Positions 56,778 through 64,000 of a stretch of 64,000 nt of DNA are shown here, piece by piece; within the stretch, counting starts at the first letter, position 1; each line of letters opens with the position of its first letter. Origin of the DNA: Escherichia phage vB_EcoM_G2469. A model generated the notes under the pieces. The model had not been told where the DNA came from, did not search any database, and worked only from the letters and a program-made list of their open reading frames with translations. The stretch lies in the sequence record MK327934.1. One strand, given 5' to 3'. Both the position numbers and the translations under genes were made by a program.

Positions 56778-57247
56778 TTAGCCTTATATTCAAGAGTAGG
56801 ACAGACTTTTTCTTTACGAGCTTTAAGGTATTCGCCTATTAATGATTTCTTACATTCAATAGGCTCAAGTCCATTTTTAATTCGTTCTTGGTTTTGTGCA
56901 ATGAGCTCAATTTCTTTATAATATTTTCTGTCGTTATATTTGTCTAACAACCAAGACGGACCAATTACCAACCCGGTAGAAATAAAAGCCATGACTGCTA
57001 CAATTAAAACGCCTACACCAATTGAAGCTGGAACTAATGTCCATAGACTGCTAAAAACAAAGAATTTAGTTAAAATTTCATGGCCAATGATTGTGACTGC
57101 TGCTAAAATCGCAAATCCAATAATTGAAACAGCTAATACCGGGATTAGCGTTTTCCAAAAATAAGCACACAACGTTTTCGGACGATTCCATGTACTATTG
57201 AACGCGGCATAAATTTTAAAGTGCCAAGAGTTTTCATTGATAATCAT
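56774..57247 (-). CDS. membrane protein
   Basis: 157 aa, three predicted TM helices. Confidence 0.5.
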   Translation of the reverse strand: MIINENSWHFKIYAAFNSTWNRPKTLCAYFWKTLIPVLAVSIIGFAILAAVTIIGHEILTKFFVFSSLWTLVPASIGVGVLIVAVMAFISTGLVIGPSWLLDKYNDRKYYKEIELIAQNQERIKNGLEPIECKKSLIGEYLKARKEKVCPTLEYKAK

Positions 57248-57256
57248 AATAATTCC

Positions 57257-57787
57257 TTATTTCAAAGTTGGGATAATAGAATCGAGATAAGCTTTAAGAG
57301 CAACTGCTTCATCTTTGTCTAATGTAATGATATGTTGACGAAGGTCATCAATTTGGCGAATAACTACGACATCACCGTCTTCATAAGAAGGATTAACGCC
57401 TAGGACTGTTGTATAGTCAGGGCGGTCCTGATTTGTAATAAAAGCATTACGGCATTTAGCCCATTGAAGTTTTGCCTTTTTGGCTGTTTCAGATTCCATT
57501 AATTCTTTCACCTTAGTGACGAATGTTTTCCAATTATTGATAGAAAGGCATTCATCTTCTGTTTCGATATTAACCCCACTATAAAGACCGTGATAAAAAC
57601 GAACTTGAAGGTCTTCATCAATGTTAATTACAGATGCATGGCCGGGCGGATTGAGTTTCAAAATCTTGTCCAGTTCCATAGGAAGAATAGTAACAGCATC
57701 ATCTTCTTGTGTCAGAACGTAAGCATAACCACGTTTTTCGATACATAAATCGCCAAACAACTCGGTTGTTTCAATTACAGTTTTCAT
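57257..57787 (-). CDS. hypothetical protein
   Basis: track ORF starts at TTG; ATG at 57785-57787. Confidence 0.5.
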   Translation of the reverse strand: MKTVIETTELFGDLCIEKRGYAYVLTQEDDAVTILPMELDKILKLNPPGHASVINIDEDLQVRFYHGLYSGVNIETEDECLSINNWKTFVTKVKELMESETAKKAKLQWAKCRNAFITNQDRPDYTTVLGVNPSYEDGDVVVIRQIDDLRQHIITLDKDEAVALKAYLDSIIPTLK

Positions 57788-57788
57788 A

Positions 57789-57968
57789 TTATTCACCAAT
57801 TAAAGTTTCAACAAAATTCACCAAAGCATCCTGGCAAGCATCAACCTGATTTTCATAAAAGTCTCCGTTATCATTTACCGCGTGATAAGCTACATCATTC
57901 AAATCTGAATCGGCTTCACGTAGGTCACGGATAAGGTCCATCAATTTATTAGCTTGTTCACGGGTCAT
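57789..57968 (-). CDS. small acidic protein (59 aa), not in ORF track
   Basis: MTREQANKLMDLIRDLREADSDL...; ATGA-coupled to the ORF upstream. Confidence 0.3.
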   Translation of the reverse strand: MTREQANKLMDLIRDLREADSDLNDVAYHAVNDNGDFYENQVDACQDALVNFVETLIGE

Positions 57969-58075
57969 TTTACCATACTCGTTTCAATAAGATTCACTAT
58001 GCCGTTTACCATGTTATAAGTAAACATCGGATAATTGTATTGTATCACAACGTATACGATAAGCAAAAGTTTCAT
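57965..58075 (-). CDS. small hydrophobic peptide (36 aa), not in ORF track
   Basis: MKLLLIVYVV...; ggaga SD; low confidence because of size. Confidence 0.25.
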   Translation of the reverse strand: MKLLLIVYVVIQYNYPMFTYNMVNGIVNLIETSMVK

Positions 58076-58104
58076 TTTGTTCTCCATTTGTTTTGATAGG
58101 ACTA

Positions 58105-58133
58105 CTATAACATAGTCCTATCAAGATGTAAAC
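58105..58133 (-). promoter_or_regulatory. early-type promoter GTTTAC-N17-TTATAG
   Basis: -10 flanked by gataggacta/tagtcctatc inverted repeat. Confidence 0.45.
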
Positions 58134-58339
58134 TACCGATTATGTTTTAAATGTTGATAAAGTTCTTCAACTTGTTTAGGGTCCAAAACAATTAGGTCAT
58201 TTTCTTGGCGAAGATAAATCCATCCCTTATCTCCAGGACCATTTTTACAAAACATCACCACCATATCATCATCTTCAGCGCTTTCAGGTAAAAGTTCAAG
58301 TACACCGTCTTCAGATTTTCCAGTATAATCGTAAAGCAT
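58133..58339 (-). CDS. small hypothetical protein
   Basis: start moved to ATG 58337-58339 with gagga SD. Confidence 0.4.
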   Translation of the reverse strand: MLYDYTGKSEDGVLELLPESAEDDDMVVMFCKNGPGDKGWIYLRQENDLIVLDPKQVEELYQHLKHNR

Positions 58340-58346
58340 AATATCC

Positions 58347-58526
58347 TCACATAATCTCGTTAACATACATTTGCAATTCGGTGTGGGCGTCAGCCATCTT
58401 TTTCATAGCTCTGTTAATGTCGATGTCTCCATCTTCGCAACCATGAGCATTTTCCCAATCAGATACCGCATTAGCGTACTCTTCAATCAAAAACATTAAC
58501 TTAGAAATTTTTTCTTTACGTGACAT
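58347..58526 (-). CDS. small hypothetical protein
   Basis: start moved to ATG 58524-58526 with aggaga SD. Confidence 0.4.
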   Translation of the reverse strand: MSRKEKISKLMFLIEEYANAVSDWENAHGCEDGDIDINRAMKKMADAHTELQMYVNEIM

Positions 58527-58553
58527 AACGTTCTCCTCTAGTAAGTAAGGTTT

Positions 58554-58582
58554 ACTATAACACAACCTGAGGAGAAGTAAAC
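58554..58582 (-). promoter_or_regulatory. early-type promoter GTTTAC-N17-TATAGT
   Basis: spacer ttctcctc complementary to downstream SD. Confidence 0.5.
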
Positions 58583-58591
58583 TGATAGATG

Positions 58592-58620
58592 CCAAAAAGC
58601 CCCGACCTTTCGGAAGGGGC
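58592..58620 (-). terminator. intrinsic terminator-like hairpin plus U5
   Basis: gcccc...ggggc stem preceded by A5 on plus strand, just after rI. Confidence 0.5.
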
Positions 58621-58627
58621 TAGTAAA

Positions 58628-58930
58628 TTAGATAGATGTAGGCTCTAATTTTATTTTCATGAACTCGGCAAATTGTCTGGCAGTTTTTATGCCTTGTTCA
58701 TGACATTCAAATGCATCATCACAGGGACTATTTTTGTAATGCTTTGCCATATACTTATAGAATTTTTCAGAATTCTCGACATTTTGAATTTCAAACAAAG
58801 TATATACGTTTTTAATCCCTGATTCCATAAAGTTATCAAAATATGGGTCGATATATGCAGTACCAACGATAGGAGTTGTTGCTGCAAAAAACCCCAGCAT
58901 CGCCATGACAGCTATCGCTCTTAAGGCCAT
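58628..58930 (-). CDS. rI: lysis-inhibition regulator rI (antiholin)
   Basis: 100 aa; signal-anchor then DPYFDNFMESGIKNVY, matches T4 RI. Confidence 0.8.
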   Translation of the reverse strand: MALRAIAVMAMLGFFAATTPIVGTAYIDPYFDNFMESGIKNVYTLFEIQNVENSEKFYKYMAKHYKNSPCDDAFECHEQGIKTARQFAEFMKIKLEPTSI

Positions 58931-58942
58931 ATAGGCCTCCTG

Positions 58943-59155
58943 TTAATTTTGGCCAGTATTTATTTTTCGCCTTTGGACGGCCTTAACATCTGTGAGGTAT
59001 TTTTCCAGCTTGCGCTTGCGTGTATAATCAGCTTTAGAACCAGTTTGACGGATATCCTCGTTTAAATGAGAAATAGAATGTCCTAATTCTCTTCGGATTT
59101 CATCCAATTGGGTTACAGTAAGATTACGAAGTTGTCTTTCGTTTAATTGCTGCAT
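58943..59155 (-). CDS. small hypothetical protein
   Basis: 70-aa ORF, ATG start. Confidence 0.45.
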   Translation of the reverse strand: MQQLNERQLRNLTVTQLDEIRRELGHSISHLNEDIRQTGSKADYTRKRKLEKYLTDVKAVQRRKINTGQN

Positions 59156-59182
59156 ATATACCTCTTGGTTAGATATTAGTAT

Positions 59183-59764
59183 TTATAACAACCCTGTCAA
59201 ATCGTTCCAATGCTTCCGGCATAATGACACATATCTATCGGTATCACCAATTTCAATTTGACTGCCATCTGTAATTGGAAGTCCGTCTTCCGTGACTCTA
59301 GCTACCATTGTGGCCTTTTTACCGCAATGACAGACACCTTTAAGTTCAACAAGCTTATCGGCAATAGCCATTAATGCTTGAGAACCTTCAAATAGATTAC
59401 CTTTAAAATCTGTTCGTAGTCCATATGCCATTACCGGCACATTGTATACGTCAACAATACGACTAAGTTGATACACCTTTTCAGTAGTTAAGAACTGAGC
59501 TTCGTCAACAAATACGCAGTGAATATCCTTTTGTGCTGCAGCCCATTTATAGAATTCAAAGATATCCATGTCTTTTGTAATTATATTGGCGTCCTGACGA
59601 ATACCAATACGAGAGACTATTTCACCTTTTGAATCGCGAGTATCAATAGCCGGTTTAAGAACTAATACACCCATGCCACGTTCTTTATAGTTATGTGCGG
59701 CAGTAAGTAATGAAGCAGACTTACCAGCGTTCATAGCGGCATAGGTAAAAATTAAACTAGCCAT
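59183..59764 (-). CDS. tk: thymidine kinase
   Basis: 193 aa; near-identical to T4 Tk (MASLIFTYAAMNAGKSASLL...). Confidence 0.95.
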   Translation of the reverse strand: MASLIFTYAAMNAGKSASLLTAAHNYKERGMGVLVLKPAIDTRDSKGEIVSRIGIRQDANIITKDMDIFEFYKWAAAQKDIHCVFVDEAQFLTTEKVYQLSRIVDVYNVPVMAYGLRTDFKGNLFEGSQALMAIADKLVELKGVCHCGKKATMVARVTEDGLPITDGSQIEIGDTDRYVSLCRKHWNDLTGLL

Positions 59765-59773
59765 AAGAGTCCC

Positions 59774-59956
59774 TTATAGTGAATTCACGTAGTCAATGAG
59801 TTCTTGTTCTTTCCTGTCAAATGATTCCAACAATGCTTGATATTCTTCGTCCGTCAAAGGAGCATATTCATCATACGCATTGGTGGCTGCTTGCTCATCC
59901 AATAGGTCATGGATAAGTTCAAACAGTTTAGTTTTCTCTTCTTTAGTCAATTTCAT
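59774..59956 (-). CDS. small acidic hypothetical protein
   Basis: 60-aa ORF, ATG start. Confidence 0.4.
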   Translation of the reverse strand: MKLTKEEKTKLFELIHDLLDEQAATNAYDEYAPLTDEEYQALLESFDRKEQELIDYVNSL

Positions 59957-60165
59957 TTAGGTTCACCTTCTTTAACGAAATCTGGGTAAGGGTAAAATCC
60001 TGAGTAAAACCCTTCACCTTTATGATTGCTACAACCTTTGTTCGAACAGTAACACCAATAATCAAAATCACAAGCCATTTCGTCATTGCATAAAGCAAAA
60101 ACTACAGGCCATTCGCATTTTTCGCATTTAGCACCTGTAAGAATTTTTGTTTGACTCATAGCCAT
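59953..60165 (-). CDS. Cys-rich small protein (putative zinc-binding)
   Basis: 70 aa with about 9 Cys (CEKCEW...CYCSNKGC). Confidence 0.45.
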   Translation of the reverse strand: MAMSQTKILTGAKCEKCEWPVVFALCNDEMACDFDYWCYCSNKGCSNHKGEGFYSGFYPYPDFVKEGEPK

Positions 60166-60368
60166 GTCACCTTTAAGCAGTATTCTTCTACATGCTGTTT
60201 ACGACCTTTCTTATCAATAAAGGTATATTCAACGAATGTTCCGATGTAGTCTTTATCTACATCATGTGGACTATTAATTGGACATTTGGTACGACAAATG
60301 CGTTCCCATTGACGAATAATTACTGCCTTATTCTTTGGATCGTATGGATGTGGATAATGTATATTCAT
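60156..60368 (-). CDS. small hypothetical protein
   Basis: start moved to ATG 60366-60368 in ATGA overlap. Confidence 0.4.
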   Translation of the reverse strand: MNIHYPHPYDPKNKAVIIRQWERICRTKCPINSPHDVDKDYIGTFVEYTFIDKKGRKQHVEEYCLKVTWL

Positions 60369-60832
60369 AATAACGGTTCCCAATCAACAATCACAATTTC
60401 TAGTTTAGTAGAATACGTATCTAAAATCTCTTCGATGACATCCCAGTTTCCACCACCAATACCTGCACCAATTCTTGGCATATAAATTACAGGCTTTATT
60501 ATCTTATTCTTTCCGAATTCATTTAATTCTATTATACAATTCATTAAAGCAGAGTACTCAAAATTAGGTCCCGGCTCAAACTGTGTATAAAGATTAAAGC
60601 AATAAGCTTTATGGGTCTTAAAATATTTTTCATAAACCGAATAAGTCCCGAGTTTAGACTTGTCTCCGAATTCGGTTTGAAGTTTATCGGCTTCTAAAAT
60701 TTTTGGATAAGCCTTTGCTAATTGGCCTGCTACACCGGCGCCCATTGTATGAAAACAATTACACCCATGAGCAATATTATTACCTTTAGAAAACAGGGCG
60801 ACAATATCGCCCTTGATATAGTTTTTAATCAC
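60365..60832 (-). CDS. macro-domain protein (ADP-ribose binding/processing)
   Basis: macro motif GCNCFHTMGAGVAGQ; no in-frame ATG upstream, so probable GTG start at 60832 after agagga SD. Confidence 0.55.
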   Translation of the reverse strand: MIKNYIKGDIVALFSKGNNIAHGCNCFHTMGAGVAGQLAKAYPKILEADKLQTEFGDKSKLGTYSVYEKYFKTHKAYCFNLYTQFEPGPNFEYSALMNCIIELNEFGKNKIIKPVIYMPRIGAGIGGGNWDVIEEILDTYSTKLEIVIVDWEPLL

Positions 60833-61172
60833 TTGCTGCAAGTCCTCTATTATAAGAGTCAACTAGACGGTCCACCATAGAATTGCATGCTGCCTTATCT
60901 TTAGGTTCCGCCACCGAGCATTCTAATATTTGCCATTTTTTATAGTATCTTTTAATTAAGGTAGACGCCTTGAACCTACTAGACGCCCCATCTTTTTCTC
61001 CGTCTTTATACGCGTATAACAATTTTTGTGAAAAATCTACTTTACACTCTTGACTTTTACCACAATAATCAGACGCCGTTCTGTTTGTATACTCCGTTAC
61101 ATCAGTATATGTAGTATTAGCAAGAGCGTTAAATGAAACCAAGCTAACTATTAAAGCCAACATTTTGGTCAT
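60825..61172 (-). CDS. secreted protein
   Basis: 115 aa; N-terminal signal peptide. Confidence 0.5.
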   Translation of the reverse strand: MTKMLALIVSLVSFNALANTTYTDVTEYTNRTASDYCGKSQECKVDFSQKLLYAYKDGEKDGASSRFKASTLIKRYYKKWQILECSVAEPKDKAACNSMVDRLVDSYNRGLAASD

Positions 61173-61711
61173 TCTTTTATTTCCAGTAGTTTATTTGATT
61201 TAAGGTAATTAGCCTTTTCTAGGACTTCAGAAGCATATTTACTTCCAGCACTTGTCTTCCATCCCGCATTATATGAGGATATAGCTTTTCTTATATCCCC
61301 GTTATGTATATTTAACCAATAAGAAAATTCGATATAAGCCCATCTGGCCGAATTAGACCGCTTAGATAGCATTTTCTTAATTTGGGCATCAGTCATATTA
61401 TAACCAAGTTGGTTAATTCTTGCCCTCATTGTTGGTAGATAATTTTGGAACATTCCATACGCATGGTGACCTTTCTTATCTTTAAGATTAATACCGGCAG
61501 ATGATTCCTGCCATAGTATTGCGGCCATTATGTATCCAAGTCCTTTCTTATGCATATTTTCATGCGTTTTAAATTTTCCGTCCTTAGAAAACTGTTCCCC
61601 AAACTGATAAGCATAATTCAAGTTATCGAGTTGGACATTACTAAAAGTATGCTCGGAGCTATGTGCTGATAACGAAAGAGCAAATAGACCAGCGAGTAGT
61701 GCTTTTCTCAT
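61169..61711 (-). CDS. periplasmic lytic transglycosylase-like protein (SLT domain)
   Basis: 180 aa; signal peptide; SLT-like motif WQESSAG...YGMFQ. Confidence 0.55.
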   Translation of the reverse strand: MRKALLAGLFALSLSAHSSEHTFSNVQLDNLNYAYQFGEQFSKDGKFKTHENMHKKGLGYIMAAILWQESSAGINLKDKKGHHAYGMFQNYLPTMRARINQLGYNMTDAQIKKMLSKRSNSARWAYIEFSYWLNIHNGDIRKAISSYNAGWKTSAGSKYASEVLEKANYLKSNKLLEIKE

Positions 61712-61719
61712 GTTTACCT

Positions 61720-62178
61720 CTAGATTTTAATCACTGCTTTAGAAGCTTTTCCTGGTAGTCGTTTACTGTTAATAATAGCCATTCTGCATTGAAGAGTCTT
61801 CATTTTGAATGCCGGATTTTCGCGACAAACTGTAAGTCCTAACCAAAGATTTCCATCAGTTATTTCTAAACGGCCTGGGCGATATTCGACACCTTCGACA
61901 AAATCTTCATCAACATCTGGACGTGCCGGCATTGATAAAAATTCTGTAACTTCTTTAACATGATTTTTTACTTTATGAAATAATTCAAAAACGTAATTCT
62001 CATCTATTTCTCTCTGGATGGCACGATCTAAGAGATGTTGAGAATACTTGATATGAAAGCCTGGTAGTCCAAGAGACTTTGCAGCATCTTTTATACCGGC
62101 ATTTATTTTGCGGAACTCCGTTTCAAAGATTCGACGGAGTTTATTACGGCGGATAAAAACTTCCGAATTGATAGTCAT
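61720..62178 (-). CDS. regB: RegB endoribonuclease
   Basis: T4 RegB-like (MTINSEVFIRRNKLRR...); start at ATG 62176-62178 gives 152 aa. Confidence 0.85.
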   Translation of the reverse strand: MTINSEVFIRRNKLRRIFETEFRKINAGIKDAAKSLGLPGFHIKYSQHLLDRAIQREIDENYVFELFHKVKNHVKEVTEFLSMPARPDVDEDFVEGVEYRPGRLEITDGNLWLGLTVCRENPAFKMKTLQCRMAIINSKRLPGKASKAVIKI

Positions 62179-62206
62179 TTTGATTTCTCCTCTAGTTGAC
62201 AAGTCT

Positions 62207-62235
62207 ATAGTAACACAACTAGAGGAGAAGTAAAC
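62207..62235 (-). promoter_or_regulatory. early-type promoter GTTTAC-N17-TACTAT inside a 14-bp SD-containing inverted repeat
   Basis: arms ttctcctctagttg and caactagaggagaa on minus strand. Confidence 0.5.
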
Positions 62236-62239
62236 TACT

Positions 62240-62455
62240 TTATTGATAAAATGGAGTTAAAGCCCAAGATTCTTTAGATACTATATTGGCGAAATGCCTC
62301 ATCTCTTCAATTTGGCGACGACGCTGGTCAGCATAGTCTTCTTCGCCTTCTTCCTTACAATCTTCAAGGTCTTCTTCAAGATACTTTAAGTATTCACTAC
62401 AAATTTTGTTGACCTTTTCTTGGAAGTCCAATAACCCAGTAATAGTAGAAGCCAT
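62240..62455 (-). CDS. small acidic hypothetical protein
   Basis: 71-aa ORF, ATG start. Confidence 0.45.
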   Translation of the reverse strand: MASTITGLLDFQEKVNKICSEYLKYLEEDLEDCKEEGEEDYADQRRRQIEEMRHFANIVSKESWALTPFYQ

Positions 62456-62721
62456 TAGTATTTTTCCTCAGGTCGAAATACTGCACGACATGCCCACATA
62501 CTGGCTTCTTTTAGATGTTGCTTAGCGTACTTAAGAGCCTGCACTGCATCCATATCTTCTTTGGTTTGTTGCTCTGTTTCATTTTCTTTCAAGATATATG
62601 CTTCTTCAATCAGAGCATCAAACAACAATCCAAGACGGACTTCAGCATCTTTAATAGCGTTCACTTTACCAATTTTATCATCGGTATGCGGCTTGTAACC
62701 TTTAATATCTTCAATCGACAT
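62455..62721 (-). CDS. hypothetical protein
   Basis: track ORF starts at TTG and overlaps upstream gene; start set to ATG 62719-62721 with gagga SD. Confidence 0.4.
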   Translation of the reverse strand: MSIEDIKGYKPHTDDKIGKVNAIKDAEVRLGLLFDALIEEAYILKENETEQQTKEDMDAVQALKYAKQHLKEASMWACRAVFRPEEKY

Positions 62722-62935
62722 AAGGAATTTCCTCATCTGTGGCAAGGTCATATTCGACCAATTGGATAGGCTCATTAATACCATATCCACGTACAGTGAT
62801 ATCAGTTGTCGGATAGTTTCCAGTAATATCACCCGTTCTAAATGCTTCAATGAATGATTGCTCGCCTGAGCAACTAAACCAGGCGGCAAAACATTTTAAA
62901 ACATCTTCAGACCCTTCTATAATCAATTTAGCCAT
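62711..62935 (-). CDS. hypothetical protein
   Basis: 74-aa ORF, ATG start. Confidence 0.45.
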   Translation of the reverse strand: MAKLIIEGSEDVLKCFAAWFSCSGEQSFIEAFRTGDITGNYPTTDITVRGYGINEPIQLVEYDLATDEEIPYVD

Positions 62936-63297
62936 TATAGACTCTCAGTAAAGGTGCGAGCGATAACGTCACGCTGCTGTTCCGGAGTCAGAGAGTTAAA
63001 GCGAACTGCATAACCGGATACACGGATGGTCAGCTGCGGATATTTTTCCGGATGCTTAACTGCATCTTCCAGAGTTTCACGACGCAGAACGTTAACGTTC
63101 AGGTGTTGACCACCTTCAATTTTAACTTTAGGTTGATGTTCAATTTCAATTTCACGGGCATTCAAACCGTAGAAAATTTCCGGGTCTACAATAGCGTCTT
63201 CTTTAAAAGTCTTAGAGACAATAATCCGGGCTTGAGTACCATCTTCAAAATAAATAGTGCCTTTATGTGCACCTTCAAGAATTTGATATGCTTTCAT
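62935..63297 (-). CDS. autonomous glycyl radical cofactor, GrcA/YfiD-like
   Basis: 120 aa; C-terminal glycyl-radical domain with RVSGYAV; coding DNA noticeably GC-richer than flanks. Confidence 0.85.
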   Translation of the reverse strand: MKAYQILEGAHKGTIYFEDGTQARIIVSKTFKEDAIVDPEIFYGLNAREIEIEHQPKVKIEGGQHLNVNVLRRETLEDAVKHPEKYPQLTIRVSGYAVRFNSLTPEQQRDVIARTFTESL

Positions 63298-63303
63298 ATA
63301 ACC

Positions 63304-63612
63304 TCAGTTAGAAAATAAATTTATCCAAGTTTTTTCTTTAATCAAAAATGGGTCGGAATTAAACGCCATTAAACTTTGAGTGATTAATCCCTTAAATGGC
63401 CCATCAATAAATTCCATTTTGAAATGCGGAATACTAGTCATCAACCGTGCATTAGGAGCAGTACAAAGAACCTGCTGCCCTGCGAACGGTCCTTTAGTCA
63501 AACGGTATCGTTTAGGTTTAAAATGGTAAATCTCGTAATTTTCTACAAGAGCCATTTTATTGCATACTGGGCTGTTATAACAATATTCAAAAACTTCAAT
63601 AGTGGTCATCAT
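63304..63612 (-). CDS. hypothetical protein
   Basis: 102-aa ORF, ATG in ATGA overlap with upstream stop. Confidence 0.5.
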   Translation of the reverse strand: MMTTIEVFEYCYNSPVCNKMALVENYEIYHFKPKRYRLTKGPFAGQQVLCTAPNARLMTSIPHFKMEFIDGPFKGLITQSLMAFNSDPFLIKEKTWINLFSN

Positions 63613-64000
63613 TGCATTCCAATCACAAAAAATTGAGGACGAGCATTACCGCCGATGCAATATTTGCTTTTGCAACAGTGTTGGACTGTTTTAATATGTA
63701 CATTGTAAATCTTATCCATATCAGGAGCTTTAATAGGCTCGTCAATTATGTACAGAATACGAGAAAGCGTTAATCCACGGAATTTAGAACCTTCATTGCC
63801 AATAAAACTACGAACAGAATCAGTAAATAAACGGAATCGAATATCGTCGCTAGAATAACGAGAAAATTCTTTTTTAATGTTGCCGGCAGAAATTTTAGCA
63901 TAAGCTGAAGTATTAGAAAGAACAATAACTGTTCCACCATCATACAGCCAATTAACAGCAAAATTAGTTACTGCGGTCGATTTACCTGATTGTCTGCCGC
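63609..64000 (-). CDS. P-loop NTPase, C-terminal part (5-prime end beyond window)
   Basis: open frame to window edge; Walker A GRQSGKST, Walker-B-like YIIDE. Confidence 0.5.
   Translation of the reverse strand, partial: GRQSGKSTAVTNFAVNWLYDGGTVIVLSNTSAYAKISAGNIKKEFSRYSSDDIRFRLFTDSVRSFIGNEGSKFRGLTLSRILYIIDEPIKAPDMDKIYNVHIKTVQHCCKSKYCIGGNARPQFFVIGMQ

Noticed and set aside
1-64000. tRNA genes, rRNA genes, CRISPR arrays, integrase or other lysogeny genes
   Set aside because: No cloverleaf-like conserved segments, repeat-spacer arrays or recombinase motifs were seen; the content is that of a strictly lytic T4-like early region.

Overview
This window is the early/replication region of a T-even-like myovirus, closest by protein sequence to the RB69 group of T4-like coliphages. 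Nearly all genes are on the minus strand and tightly packed, often with ATGA or TAATG stop/start overlaps. Recognisable genes, from low to high coordinate, are rIIA, topoisomerase II large subunit (39, in the fused 39+60 form), dexA, dda, modA/modB, soc, 56, 61, sp, 41, 40, uvsX, 42, DNA polymerase 43, regA, 62, 44, 45, 46, 47, 55, nrdH/nrdG/nrdD, 49, nrdC, rI, tk, regB and a GrcA-like glycyl-radical protein. No tRNA, rRNA, CRISPR array or intron was seen. The main findings are: (1) a candidate DNA-hypermodification module in place of the T4 glucosyltransferases, made up of a sugar-nucleotide biosynthesis cluster between genes 42 and 43, a glycosyltransferase between rIIA and 39, and a two-gene replacement at the beta-gt position; (2) a perfect 55-bp tandem duplication that frameshifts the essential sliding-clamp gene 45; (3) a large family of early promoters whose -35/-10 spacer carries an anti-Shine-Dalgarno arm complementary to the downstream ribosome-binding site; (4) two HNH endonuclease genes, one on the plus strand behind a late-promoter motif; (5) a GC-rich GrcA-like gene that looks host-derived; and (6) a probable frameshifted small gene upstream of gene 55. 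The ORF track uses TTG/GTG as well as ATG starts, so several starts were moved to an internal ATG with a Shine-Dalgarno motif. All calls are from reading the sequence and recalled family knowledge; no database search was run.
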